Part shown: one piece after another, positions 31,740 through 40,607 of the stretch | Layout: the number at the start of each line of letters is the position of its first letter | Numbering within the stretch: position 1 is the first letter of the stretch | Assembly (NCBI GenBank): GCA_902618555.1 | Contig: CACNAY010000001.1 | Location: 3,601 to 67,600, forward strand | DNA length: 64,000 bases | Source of the DNA: an uncultured Pelagibacteraceae bacterium | Lineage (GTDB): Bacteria; Pseudomonadota; Alphaproteobacteria; Pelagibacterales; Pelagibacteraceae | Direction: 5' to 3' | Made by a program: the position numbers and the translations under genes | Notes under the pieces: model-generated | Told to the model about the DNA's origin: nothing | Databases searched by the model: none | The model's input: the letters and a program-made list of their open reading frames with translations, nothing else

Positions 31740-33581
31740 ATGAATTCTATACTTGGTATATCTGCATTTTATCACGATAGTGCAGCTTCAATTATAATTA
31801 ATGGTAAAATTTTAGCAGCGGCACAAGAAGAGAGATTCACTAGAAAAAAACATGACTCAAGTTATCCGTATCACTCAATTAAATACGTCTTAAATGAAGC
31901 AAAATTAGATTTAAGTCAAATCGACCAAGTAGTATTTTACGAGAAACCATTCTTAAAGTTTGAGAGATTACTTGAAACATATTTGGCTTTTGCTCCTAAA
32001 GGTTTTGCATCTTTTTTAATGTCAATGCCTTTATGGTTACGAGAAAAACTTTTCCAAAAAAAATTTCTTTTTGAGCAATTAAAGAGAAATGATAATCGAT
32101 TCAATGATATAAACAAAATTAGTTTCTCCGAACATCATTTTAGTCATGCCGCAAGTGCTTTTTACCCCTCACCTTTTGAGGAGGCGGTAATTTTAACTTT
32201 AGATGGCGTAGGAGAGTGGGCTACATCAACAATTGCAATAGGTAAAAATGAGAAAATTTCAATGATTAAGGAGATTCATTTTCCACACTCTATAGGCTTA
32301 TTATACTCGGCATTCACTTATTACATAGGATTTAAAGTAAATAGCGGTGAATACAAAGTAATGGGATTAGCACCTTACGGGGAACCGAAATATACAGATA
32401 AAATTATCAAAGAATTAATTCACTTAAAAGAAGACGGATCATTTAAATTAAATATGAAATATTTTAATTTTGCCACAGGTCTTACAATGACAAACGAAAA
32501 GTTCTCAAAATTGTTTGGACATAAAGTAAGGGATCCCAGAAATGAATTGCTCACTAGGTTTCATATGGATATAGCCGCATCAATACAAGAAGTAATTGAG
32601 ATCATAGTTTTAAGATTAGTGAGAAATATTCAAAAAGAAACTAAGATTAAGAATCTATGTTTAGCAGGAGGTGTGGCTTTAAATTGTGTAGCTAATGGAA
32701 AAATAGTTAAAAATAAAATTTTTGATAATGTGTGGATACAGCCTGCATCTGGAGATGCGGGTGGATCTCTAGGCGCAGCATTAGCATTTTGGCACCACGA
32801 GCTATCGAGGCCTAGATATGTAAATGAACTAAAAGATAGTATGAGCGGTTCCTATTTAGGACCAAAATATGAGGAGAAATATATAGAAAATACTTTGAAA
32901 GAACTCGGTGCAAACTTTACGAGATATGAAAGAGAAAGAGTTTGTGAAAATATTGCCAAAGAATTAAACTCAGGAAAAATTGTGGGTTGGTTTCAAGGTC
33001 GAATGGAATTCGGGCCAAGGGCTCTTGGTTCAAGATCAATAATTGCAGACCCAAGATCCGAGAAAATGCAAAAAAATTTGAATTTGAAGATAAAGTTTAG
33101 AGAAAGTTTTAGACCATTTGCCCCATCAATATTGAGAGAAGATTTAAATGAATGGTTTAACTTAAATTGCGACAGCCCGTATATGCTCTTGGTAGCTGAA
33201 GTAAAAAAAAATCTTCAAATAAAAGAAACTGAAAATAGTAAAAGATTATTTGGTATAGAAAGATTGAATTTAAAAAGATCCTCAATACCAGCTGTAACTC
33301 ACGTTGATTATTCAGCTAGAGTTCAAACTGTTCATAAAGACACAAATCCCAAATACTATGATTTATTACTTGAATTTAAGAAAATTACTAATTGTCCTAT
33401 TTTAGTAAATACATCATTTAATATAAGGGGGGAGCCTATTGTTTGCAATGTAAAAGATGCGTTTAAATGTTTTATGGGAACTGACCTAGATATTTTAGTT
33501 TGTGAAAATATTATTTTACATAAAAGTGAGCAAGATAAAAAGTTAATTAAAAATTACAAAGATCAGATTGAACTTGATTAA
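31740..33581 (+). CDS. O-carbamoyltransferase (NodU/CmcH/SxtI family)
   Basis: [57 protein letters not shown] and NTSFN. Confidence 0.95.
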   Translation: MNSILGISAFYHDSAASIIINGKILAAAQEERFTRKKHDSSYPYHSIKYVLNEAKLDLSQIDQVVFYEKPFLKFERLLETYLAFAPKGFASFLMSMPLWLREKLFQKKFLFEQLKRNDNRFNDINKISFSEHHFSHAASAFYPSPFEEAVILTLDGVGEWATSTIAIGKNEKISMIKEIHFPHSIGLLYSAFTYYIGFKVNSGEYKVMGLAPYGEPKYTDKIIKELIHLKEDGSFKLNMKYFNFATGLTMTNEKFSKLFGHKVRDPRNELLTRFHMDIAASIQEVIEIIVLRLVRNIQKETKIKNLCLAGGVALNCVANGKIVKNKIFDNVWIQPASGDAGGSLGAALAFWHHELSRPRYVNELKDSMSGSYLGPKYEEKYIENTLKELGANFTRYERERVCENIAKELNSGKIVGWFQGRMEFGPRALGSRSIIADPRSEKMQKNLNLKIKFRESFRPFAPSILREDLNEWFNLNCDSPYMLLVAEVKKNLQIKETENSKRLFGIERLNLKRSSIPAVTHVDYSARVQTVHKDTNPKYYDLLLEFKKITNCPILVNTSFNIRGEPIVCNVKDAFKCFMGTDLDILVCENIILHKSEQDKKLIKNYKDQIELD

Positions 33582-33585
33582 AAAT

Positions 33586-33675
33586 GGAGAGGTGGCCGAG
33601 TGGTTGAAGGCGCACGCTTGGAAAGCGTGTAAACGGGAAACCGTTTCGAGGGTTCGAATCCCTCTCTCTCCGCCA
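33586..33675 (+). tRNA. tRNA-Ser (GGA)
   Basis: Acceptor GGAGAGG/TCTCTCC, anticodon arm CACGC-TTGGAAA-GCGTG, long variable arm AAACGGGAAACCGTTT, GGTTCGAATCC and CCA. Confidence 0.97.
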
Positions 33676-33719
33676 TTTTTAAAGATCTTGCACAACCTAA
33701 GATTTATACTAAAATGAAT

Positions 33720-33738
33720 TGGTCGTCGTATGGTCGTC
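33720..33738 (+). repeat. Tandem TGGTCGTC motifs (11-bp period); third copy at 34043-34050
   Basis: TGGTCGTC-GTA-TGGTCGTC at 33720 and 33731; TGGTCGTC at 34043. Confidence 0.8.
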
Positions 33739-33741
33739 AAT

Positions 33742-34020
33742 ATGAAAAAATTTTTAATAACATTAATTATCTTATTTTGGAGCAATCAGCTAATTGCTGG
33801 GGACTATTATCTAAAAGGTGCAACACCAGCTACTCTAATGGAGATGGGTTTTAAATTAGTCGAAGTTACACCTATGCCAGAGTCTAGTTATTATGATGTT
33901 ATTTATACATTTGTTAAAGATAAAAACATTGCAAGTTGTAAAGTAACACTCGAAACAAGATCACGTGGACGTCCATATGAGAATCATAAATGCTATAATG
34001 TTACCAATGCAGAGAATTGA
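33742..34020 (+). CDS. Small secreted hypothetical protein (cassette cargo)
   Basis: Start at 33742 gives the signal-peptide-like [19 protein letters not shown]; mature part has two Cys; no family recognised. Confidence 0.75.
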   Translation: MKKFLITLIILFWSNQLIAGDYYLKGATPATLMEMGFKLVEVTPMPESSYYDVIYTFVKDKNIASCKVTLETRSRGRPYENHKCYNVTNAEN

Positions 34021-34115
34021 TGGTTTAATAATTGACTCCGCCTGGTCGTCAGTAGCTCAACTTTTTTAAGATCTCAGAAAATTATGTAGCACTAATCTAT
34101 GATTCTAGAAGGCTA

Positions 34116-34191
34116 GGTTGAAGGCGCACGCTTGGAAAGCGTGTAAACGGGAAACCGTTTCGAGGGTTCGAATCCCTCTCTCTCCGCCATT
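34116..34191 (+). pseudogene. 5'-truncated tRNA-Ser copy (attR-like)
   Basis: Identical to tRNA positions 17-90 plus TT; lacks the 5' acceptor strand GGAGAGG. Confidence 0.9.
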
Positions 34192-34268
34192 ATTTTAATT
34201 TAACTTATTATCCACATTCAACTTAAAAGAGTCTTAAAATTAATACTCGAATCGATTAAACTACTTTT

Positions 34269-34307
34269 AAGGGCAGTGGAGGGAGACTGAAGCTGCCTTT
34301 GCTTTTT
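34269..34307 (+). terminator. Intrinsic-terminator-like hairpin downstream of the tRNA-Ser locus
   Basis: AAGGGCAG (34269-34276) pairs with CTGCCTTT (34293-34300) with a G-U wobble on the + strand, followed by GCTTTTT. Confidence 0.55.
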
Positions 34308-35046
34308 ATAGCCTTTTAATTCCTATCACCTTTAATTTAGCAGTTTTTTCAATCCTCTTAATTGTTTGATTAATTCCCATAATAACAGTTTTTTTCATAG
34401 GACCGTAAGCATGAATTAGTTTTTTATTCGAAATGGCCAAAGCAACGTGACCTTTCCAAAATATAATATCATTCCTTTTGATATTTTTTAATTTAACATT
34501 TTTTTTAAAGTATCTGACTTGGTCTTTAGCATCTCTGGGACAAAATTTATTATTAAAATTCAAAAATATTTGTATTAAACCTGAACAATCAATTCCTTTA
34601 AAAGATTTACCTCCCCATTTATATTTTATACTTTTAAAAATATGTATTTTTTTAAATGGATTTTTTTCAACATATGAAATTGGTTTTAAATCATTTTTAT
34701 GAATCCAGCCTTTTAAAAATTTTAAAAAATTATTTTTCCCCTCTAAGACTTTTATTTTTGAACCAAAAGGCATTATATTTACCCTTTTACTTTTATTAGG
34801 AAGTCTATAAATATTTGCTTTTAACACGCTGACTTTATGGCTTGGTTTTAAAAATTCGGAAAAATTTTTATTTTGAATGTAGCCCTTATAGCCGTCTTCT
34901 TTGATCTTAATTTTTAGCCATCTACCATACCTTTTAAAAATTGAAAAACTTTCACCATAAAGCATTTGAGTTACTACCTCTGATTTTGTAGACGGCTTTT
35001 TATGAAGGTTGATTACTGAATAACTGTTAGACAGGTTTTTAGTCAT
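34306..35046 (-). CDS. SH3 + NlpC/P60 (C40) peptidase, dipeptidyl-peptidase VI-like
   Basis: TQMLYGE SH3-like start, YKWGGKSFKGIDCSGL, FWKGHVA and IHA. Confidence 0.9.
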   Translation of the reverse strand: MTKNLSNSYSVINLHKKPSTKSEVVTQMLYGESFSIFKRYGRWLKIKIKEDGYKGYIQNKNFSEFLKPSHKVSVLKANIYRLPNKSKRVNIMPFGSKIKVLEGKNNFLKFLKGWIHKNDLKPISYVEKNPFKKIHIFKSIKYKWGGKSFKGIDCSGLIQIFLNFNNKFCPRDAKDQVRYFKKNVKLKNIKRNDIIFWKGHVALAISNKKLIHAYGPMKKTVIMGINQTIKRIEKTAKLKVIGIKRL

Positions 35047-36412
35047 TCAACTTTAGCTTATCTTTAATCATGTAGAGAAATATAAGAGAAGGTATTACCA
35101 TTATAGCAGTAAGTATAAAGAATATACCCCAATCACCATTTAACCAGTCGACTAAAGCCCCGGATGAGGCGGCTAGCGTTGTCCTCCCTGCTGTTCCAAT
35201 TGAGGCAAGAAGCGCATATTGAGTAGCCGTATAAGTTCTATCAACTAACATTGAAATAAAAGCTACAAATGCAACAGTGGCAAATGCTGCTGCCATATCA
35301 TCGAATATTACTGCAATTGCGAATAATAATTCAGATTTTCCATACCAAGCCAATAGCGAGAATAATAAATTTGTTGAAGCCATTAGTATACCTGAGACAA
35401 ACATTGCTTTAATTACTCCTGAGCGAATGGCAAATAAACCTCCTAATAAAGTAAAGATTACTGTGGTGATCCAACCCAAACCTTTTGAATAAAGTGCTAT
35501 ATCAGATTTGGTAAATCCGATTTCTTTATAGAAGATTACAGACATCCTACCTAAGAACGCTTCACCGATTTTAAAAAGAAAAACAAAACCTAAAATGGCA
35601 ATAGCAATATTAAATCCGTTTTTTTTAAAGAAACTTATCACAGGACCAATTACAGTCCCGGTTAGCCAAGCAGCAGACTTAGAAATTATATTTGAAGAGC
35701 CTAATTTGCTCACAATCATTTCATCAGTTTGCCTTTGAGTTTCAGCTCTATCTAAGTTTTGAGTTTCTTTAACAAACATTAAACCAATGTTACAAGCAAT
35801 TATAAAAATTCCTAAAACTAAAAAAGTTATTTGCCAGTAATTTTCAAATCCAGAATTTTGAAAAAATTCTGCTGAGTTTAGAGCAATCATTCCGCCTAAC
35901 TTATAACCAGTCCACCATCCAACTACTGCCATTGCAGCACCTGCTTGCATAGATTTTCCCTCATGCTCACTTATTTGCTCAATCCTTAGTGCATCGACAG
36001 TAATATCCTGCGTGGCAGATGCAATCGCAATTATCAAACCAATACTAATTACTAGGGCCAAATTTGCAGTAGGGTTTATTAAACTCCAAAAAATTAAGCT
36101 GATTAAAATAATAATTTGCATTGTTACGATCCATCCACGTCTATGACCTAATTTTTCCGTTAACAAAGGAATCCTTACTCTGTCAATAATTGGTGCCCAA
36201 AGATAATTAAATGCATACACTGCAAAAATTAGTCCTGCCCATCCAATAGTACTTCTACTTAAACCATCTTCTTTTAACCAAAGACTCAGGCTACTTCCTA
36301 TAATTACCCATGGAAAACCACTAATGGCACCTAGAAGTAATATCTTAACCATTCTAATATCAAAATAGACTTTAAATGTTTCAGACAATGATTGTTTCTT
36401 ATAAATTTCCAT
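35039..36412 (-). CDS. ampG: AmpG-family muropeptide MFS transporter
   Basis: LLGAISGFP, WAPIIDR, RRGW, SATQDITVDALRIE and TATQYALL. Confidence 0.92.
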   Translation of the reverse strand: MEIYKKQSLSETFKVYFDIRMVKILLLGAISGFPWVIIGSSLSLWLKEDGLSRSTIGWAGLIFAVYAFNYLWAPIIDRVRIPLLTEKLGHRRGWIVTMQIIILISLIFWSLINPTANLALVISIGLIIAIASATQDITVDALRIEQISEHEGKSMQAGAAMAVVGWWTGYKLGGMIALNSAEFFQNSGFENYWQITFLVLGIFIIACNIGLMFVKETQNLDRAETQRQTDEMIVSKLGSSNIISKSAAWLTGTVIGPVISFFKKNGFNIAIAILGFVFLFKIGEAFLGRMSVIFYKEIGFTKSDIALYSKGLGWITTVIFTLLGGLFAIRSGVIKAMFVSGILMASTNLLFSLLAWYGKSELLFAIAVIFDDMAAAFATVAFVAFISMLVDRTYTATQYALLASIGTAGRTTLAASSGALVDWLNGDWGIFFILTAIMVIPSLIFLYMIKDKLKLND

Positions 36413-36415
36413 AAT

Positions 36416-37864
36416 TTAATCTCTCCAGAATGATGGAAAAAATAAAACCAAAACTGCAAAAAGCTCTAATCTTCCAAGCAACATTCCAAAAGATAATATC
36501 CATTTTGACAGGTCAGGTATATCTTTATAATTTCCATTAGGCCCAATTATATCACCAAGCCCTGGTCCTACATTTGAGATTGAGCTAGCAGCACCAGAGA
36601 TAGACGTAATAAAATCAAGCCCGCTTATTGATAATAGCATAGCAAGTATCAAAAAAATGAACAAAAAAGTAAAAATAAAAATAATTACAGAATTAATAAA
36701 ACTATCGGAAATTTTTTGGTTGTTATATTTATTTATAATAACACTATTTGGAGAAATAAGCTTTTTAATTTGGTTTTTCAAAAAAATTAAAAGCATTTGT
36801 AATCTAAATATCTTTATTCCACATGCAGTCGAACCAGCACAACCTCCTATAAACATTAAAAATAAGAAAAAAATTAAAGAAAATTTTCCCCATAAACCAA
36901 AGTCATCAGTTACATAACCAGTGCCAGACAATATTGAAATTACATTAAAGGAGGAAATTCTAATTTTATCAAATATATTTGTTTCATAATTTGTAAATAA
37001 TAAATAAAAAAACATTACCGTTATTGAAATTATTAGCAAATAAATTAAACCTTTAATTTGAACATCTTGAAAAAAAATCTTCCTATTTCCTTGGGCAAAT
37101 TTTAAATAAGCAATGAAGGGAATGCTACCTAATATAATAAATATACTGGCAACAATTTCTATATTAGGATTTTTAAAAAAACCAATTGATTTATCATGAG
37201 TTGAAAAACCACCTGTTGCGATTGTTGTCATAGAGTGACTAATGCTGTCAAATATCGTCATTCCAAATATCCAATAAAAGAAACCACATAAGAAAGTAAG
37301 AATTATATATATTGATATTATTGTTGCTGCTACTTCGATTGTCCTTGGTAATATTTTTTCTGTGCTGTCTGGTCCCTCTACTTTAAATAATTGCATTCCA
37401 CCAACCTGAAGTAACGGGAGTATAGTTATAGCCATCACCACTATTCCAATGCCACCTAACCACTGCATTATGGCTCTCCAAAGCAAAATACTTTTTGGAC
37501 TATTATCTAAATTAGAAATTATTGTTGCACCAGTTGTTGTTATACCTGACATACTTTCAAAGAATGCCTCACTAAAGGTAAATTCTTGCTTAGAAAGCAG
37601 AAATGGTAAACTACCAAATGTAGCTATCATAAACCAAGCTAAAGATGAGAATAAAAAAGTTTGTCTCAAATTTAATTTTAAATCTTTCTCAAGATTTCCC
37701 AAGACAAACAATGATCCAATAAAAATAGTGACTATAGATGCAGAGATAAAACTATGACTTTCCTCTTTAAATAAAATTTGTAAAGAGTAGGGTGCTAACA
37801 TTGAAGCTCCCAAAACAATCAACAATATACCTATTAGAAAAAAGATAGTTTTGTTAGTAGCCAT
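36416..37864 (-). CDS. trkH: Trk potassium uptake membrane protein
   Basis: FFESMSGITTTG, QWLGGIG, TGGFS, GGCAGSTACGIK, NVGPG and GRLE. Confidence 0.95.
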   Translation of the reverse strand: MATNKTIFFLIGILLIVLGASMLAPYSLQILFKEESHSFISASIVTIFIGSLFVLGNLEKDLKLNLRQTFLFSSLAWFMIATFGSLPFLLSKQEFTFSEAFFESMSGITTTGATIISNLDNSPKSILLWRAIMQWLGGIGIVVMAITILPLLQVGGMQLFKVEGPDSTEKILPRTIEVAATIISIYIILTFLCGFFYWIFGMTIFDSISHSMTTIATGGFSTHDKSIGFFKNPNIEIVASIFIILGSIPFIAYLKFAQGNRKIFFQDVQIKGLIYLLIISITVMFFYLLFTNYETNIFDKIRISSFNVISILSGTGYVTDDFGLWGKFSLIFFLFLMFIGGCAGSTACGIKIFRLQMLLIFLKNQIKKLISPNSVIINKYNNQKISDSFINSVIIFIFTFLFIFLILAMLLSISGLDFITSISGAASSISNVGPGLGDIIGPNGNYKDIPDLSKWILSFGMLLGRLELFAVLVLFFPSFWRD

Positions 37865-37957
37865 TTTAAGTGAGATTATTTATATAGTTTTAAAATTCAA
37901 CTTAATATCATACATTATAGTCTGTATTTTGCGAATAAAATTTAATAAACCATAATA

Positions 37958-39520
37958 ATGCTTGATAAGAATTTAATTCAGACTACCTCATCATGGCCTT
38001 TTGTTGAAGTAAGAAAACTTTTAAAAGATAGAAAAGCTATTATTGCTAAAAAGAATAAGATTACATTTCAGACTGGATACGGACCCAGTGGACTTCCACA
38101 TATTGGAACTTTTGGTGAAGTAGCCAGAACATCGATGATGATTAATGCGCTAAATCATATACAAAAAATTGATAATGAGTTAATTACTTTTTCAGATGAC
38201 ATGGATGGTTTAAGAAAAGTTCCTGATAACATACCAGATAGTGATATTTTAAGAAAGAATTTAGGAAAACCTTTAACAGCAATACCTGATCCATTTAAAA
38301 AATTTAAAAGTTTTGGAGAGCATAACAATGAAATGTTAAAAGCTTTTTTAAATAAATTTAAATTTAAATTTGATTTTAAAAGCTCAACAGAAAATTATAA
38401 AAAAGGAGTTTTCAATAATTCTTTAATGCGTGTCCTTGAAAAATATGATGATATAATGAATATAATTTTACCTACCTTAAGAGAGGAAAGAAGAAAAACT
38501 TATTGTCCATTCTTACCCATATGCCCTAAATCTGGAAAGGTTCTTGAGATACCTTTATTTAGCATGGATAAAAAAACTGGAAAAGTTGTCTTCGATAACA
38601 ATAATGAAAAATTAGAAACAAACATTTTAGATGGAAATTGCAAACTTCAATGGAAAGTTGATTGGGCAATGCGGTGGTTTACATTTGACGTTGACTTTGA
38701 AATGTATGGGAAAGATTTAATGGAAAGTGCAATTTTATCTAATAAAATATGTAAAATTTTAGGTAAAAGTCCACCTAATGGATTTGCCTATGAATTATTC
38801 TTAGATGAGAAAGGTGAAAAGATTTCAAAGTCAAAAGGAAATGGAGTTTCCATGGAGGAATGGCTAAGATACGCTTCACCTGAAAGTCTATCAATGTATA
38901 TGTATCCCAATCCTAGAAGAGCTAAAAAACTTTATTCCGAAATTGTCCCAAAAACTGTAGATGAATATTTATCTAATATTGAAAAGTATCCTATCCAAGA
39001 ATTAAAAGATCAAATACTGAATCCAGTTTGGCATATACACAACGGAAATCCACCAAAGGAAAAAATTATCATGCCTTTTTCCATGTTATTAAATTTAGTT
39101 GGATCGAGTAACGCTGATAATAAAGATATTTTATGGAAATTTATTAATAAATTTCATAAAGAAATTAAACCAGTGGATTATAAAATTTTAGATGGGCTTA
39201 CTGAATATGCAATTAACTACTTTAAAGATAAAGTTGAGCCTAATAAAAAGTTTAAAAAACCTAATACTAAAGAGAAAAAGGCTTTAGAAAATTTAGTACT
39301 TAAATTGAAACAAATTGACAAATCTTTAACACCTGAGGAAATTCAAACTTATGTTTACACTGTTGGAAAAGAAAACGGATATGATAAAAATCTCAGAGAT
39401 TGGTTTAAATTAATTTATGAAGTAGTATTTGGAGATGAAAATGGACCACGGATGGGTTTTTTTATAAGTTTTTTTGGACTTAATGAAACAATTAACTTAA
39501 TAAGTGGTAAAATAAAATAA
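37958..39520 (+). CDS. lysS: Class I lysine--tRNA ligase
   Basis: TGYGPSGLPHIGT (HIGH-like), KISKSKGN, WKVDWAMRW and GPRMG. Confidence 0.95.
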   Translation: MLDKNLIQTTSSWPFVEVRKLLKDRKAIIAKKNKITFQTGYGPSGLPHIGTFGEVARTSMMINALNHIQKIDNELITFSDDMDGLRKVPDNIPDSDILRKNLGKPLTAIPDPFKKFKSFGEHNNEMLKAFLNKFKFKFDFKSSTENYKKGVFNNSLMRVLEKYDDIMNIILPTLREERRKTYCPFLPICPKSGKVLEIPLFSMDKKTGKVVFDNNNEKLETNILDGNCKLQWKVDWAMRWFTFDVDFEMYGKDLMESAILSNKICKILGKSPPNGFAYELFLDEKGEKISKSKGNGVSMEEWLRYASPESLSMYMYPNPRRAKKLYSEIVPKTVDEYLSNIEKYPIQELKDQILNPVWHIHNGNPPKEKIIMPFSMLLNLVGSSNADNKDILWKFINKFHKEIKPVDYKILDGLTEYAINYFKDKVEPNKKFKKPNTKEKKALENLVLKLKQIDKSLTPEEIQTYVYTVGKENGYDKNLRDWFKLIYEVVFGDENGPRMGFFISFFGLNETINLISGKIK

Positions 39521-40566
39521 TGTTTTCAATTTTTAAACCTTATATCTTTTCACTAGATCCTGAAGTTGCCCATGATTTAGCAATAAAATCCTTAAAATTT
39601 AATGTTCTTCCAAAAAGTATTTTTTATGTTGATCAAGAAGAAATGCTCGAAACTACATTATTTAATGAAAAGTTGCCCAATCCTATTGGATTGGCGGCAG
39701 GTTTTGATAAAAGCGCAGAAGTATATAATTCATTATTTAAATTAGGCTATGGTTTTGTAGAAGTTGGAACGGTCACACCAAAAAGGCAACTCGGTAATCC
39801 TAAACCAAGAGTTTTTAGATTAGAAAAAGATCAAGCTTTAATAAATCGTTTAGGCTTTAACAATCATGGCTCAGATGTTGTTTTTAAAAGAATATCAAAC
39901 AATCTACCAGATGGTTTTTTAGGAATAAATATCGGACCTAATAAAGATACCATCAACAAAGAGGAGGATTTTTATAAATGTTTAAAAAAGATTTCTCATT
40001 ATGGTGCGTATATAACTATCAATATATCATCCCCTAATACTGAAGGACTAAGGGACTTTCATGACCAAAAAGAATTAGAAAAACTTTTAGCAGGTATAAA
40101 TAAAATTAAGAAGGAGAGTAACCTTTCTAAACCTATAGCAGTAAAGCTTTCCCCAGATTTAAAAGATAAAGAAATAAGCAAGATCATTGAAGTTATCATT
40201 AAACACGAAATCTCTGGGATAATATTATCAAATACAACTGAAATTCGTGAAGATAATTTAAACGACAATAAAAAAAATGAAATTGGTGGATTATCTGGAC
40301 AACCTTTAAGAGACAGATCTACAAAATTAATAAAAAAATTCTACAAAGAAATTAAAGGAAAGATACAAATTATTGGTGTAGGAGGTGTTGACTCTGGGCA
40401 GGCAGCTTTTGAAAAAATAACTAGCGGAGCTAGTGCAGTGCAGCTCTATACAGGTATGGTGTATAAAGGCCCAGGAGTAGTAAAGAATATTAAAAAGGAG
40501 TTAATTTCAATTTTGAAAAAAGAAAACTTAAAAAACATAGGTGACGCAGTTGGAATAAATGCTTGA
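39520..40566 (+). CDS. pyrD: Quinone-dependent dihydroorotate dehydrogenase
   Basis: GLAAGFDK, NRLGFNN, NISSPNTEGLR and GGLSG. Confidence 0.96.
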   Translation: MFSIFKPYIFSLDPEVAHDLAIKSLKFNVLPKSIFYVDQEEMLETTLFNEKLPNPIGLAAGFDKSAEVYNSLFKLGYGFVEVGTVTPKRQLGNPKPRVFRLEKDQALINRLGFNNHGSDVVFKRISNNLPDGFLGINIGPNKDTINKEEDFYKCLKKISHYGAYITINISSPNTEGLRDFHDQKELEKLLAGINKIKKESNLSKPIAVKLSPDLKDKEISKIIEVIIKHEISGIILSNTTEIREDNLNDNKKNEIGGLSGQPLRDRSTKLIKKFYKEIKGKIQIIGVGGVDSGQAAFEKITSGASAVQLYTGMVYKGPGVVKNIKKELISILKKENLKNIGDAVGINA

Positions 40567-40591
40567 CCCATCTAATTACTATAATTATATA
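40563..40591 (+). promoter_or_regulatory. Candidate sigma70 promoter for rpmB
   Basis: (C)TTGACC-17 nt-TATATA, followed by an AGGA RBS before the rpmB ATG. Confidence 0.45.
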
Positions 40592-40607
40592 ACCTTAGGA
40601 AAAATTT

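Larger units (their letters stand above)
33602..34191 (+). mobile_element. Non-autonomous tRNA-Ser-integrated mini-cassette (514-bp period) bounded by attL/attR-like repeats
   Basis: Identical 76-bp direct repeats at 33602-33677 and 34116-34191 enclose one ORF and three TGGTCGTC motifs; no integrase present. Confidence 0.8.

Noticed and set aside
31178-33581. Saxitoxin biosynthesis cluster
   Set aside because: Only sxtI/J/K-like genes are present. There are no sxtA, sxtG or other core genes, and the context is glycan modification.
33543-33785. 80-aa minus-strand ORF ([11 protein letters not shown]...)
   Set aside because: It is the antisense shadow translation of the tRNA-Ser gene.
34100-34191. 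A second functional tRNA-Ser gene
   Set aside because: The first 16 nt, including the 5' acceptor strand, are replaced by unrelated sequence, so the acceptor stem cannot form.
34208-34216. Perfect DnaA box TTATCCACA (possible origin)
   Set aside because: Only one copy was noticed; one such AT-rich 9-mer in 64 kb is plausible by chance, and there is no box cluster or dnaA nearby.
37958-39520. Class I (archaeal-type) LysRS as a novelty
   Set aside because: Well established in many Alphaproteobacteria.
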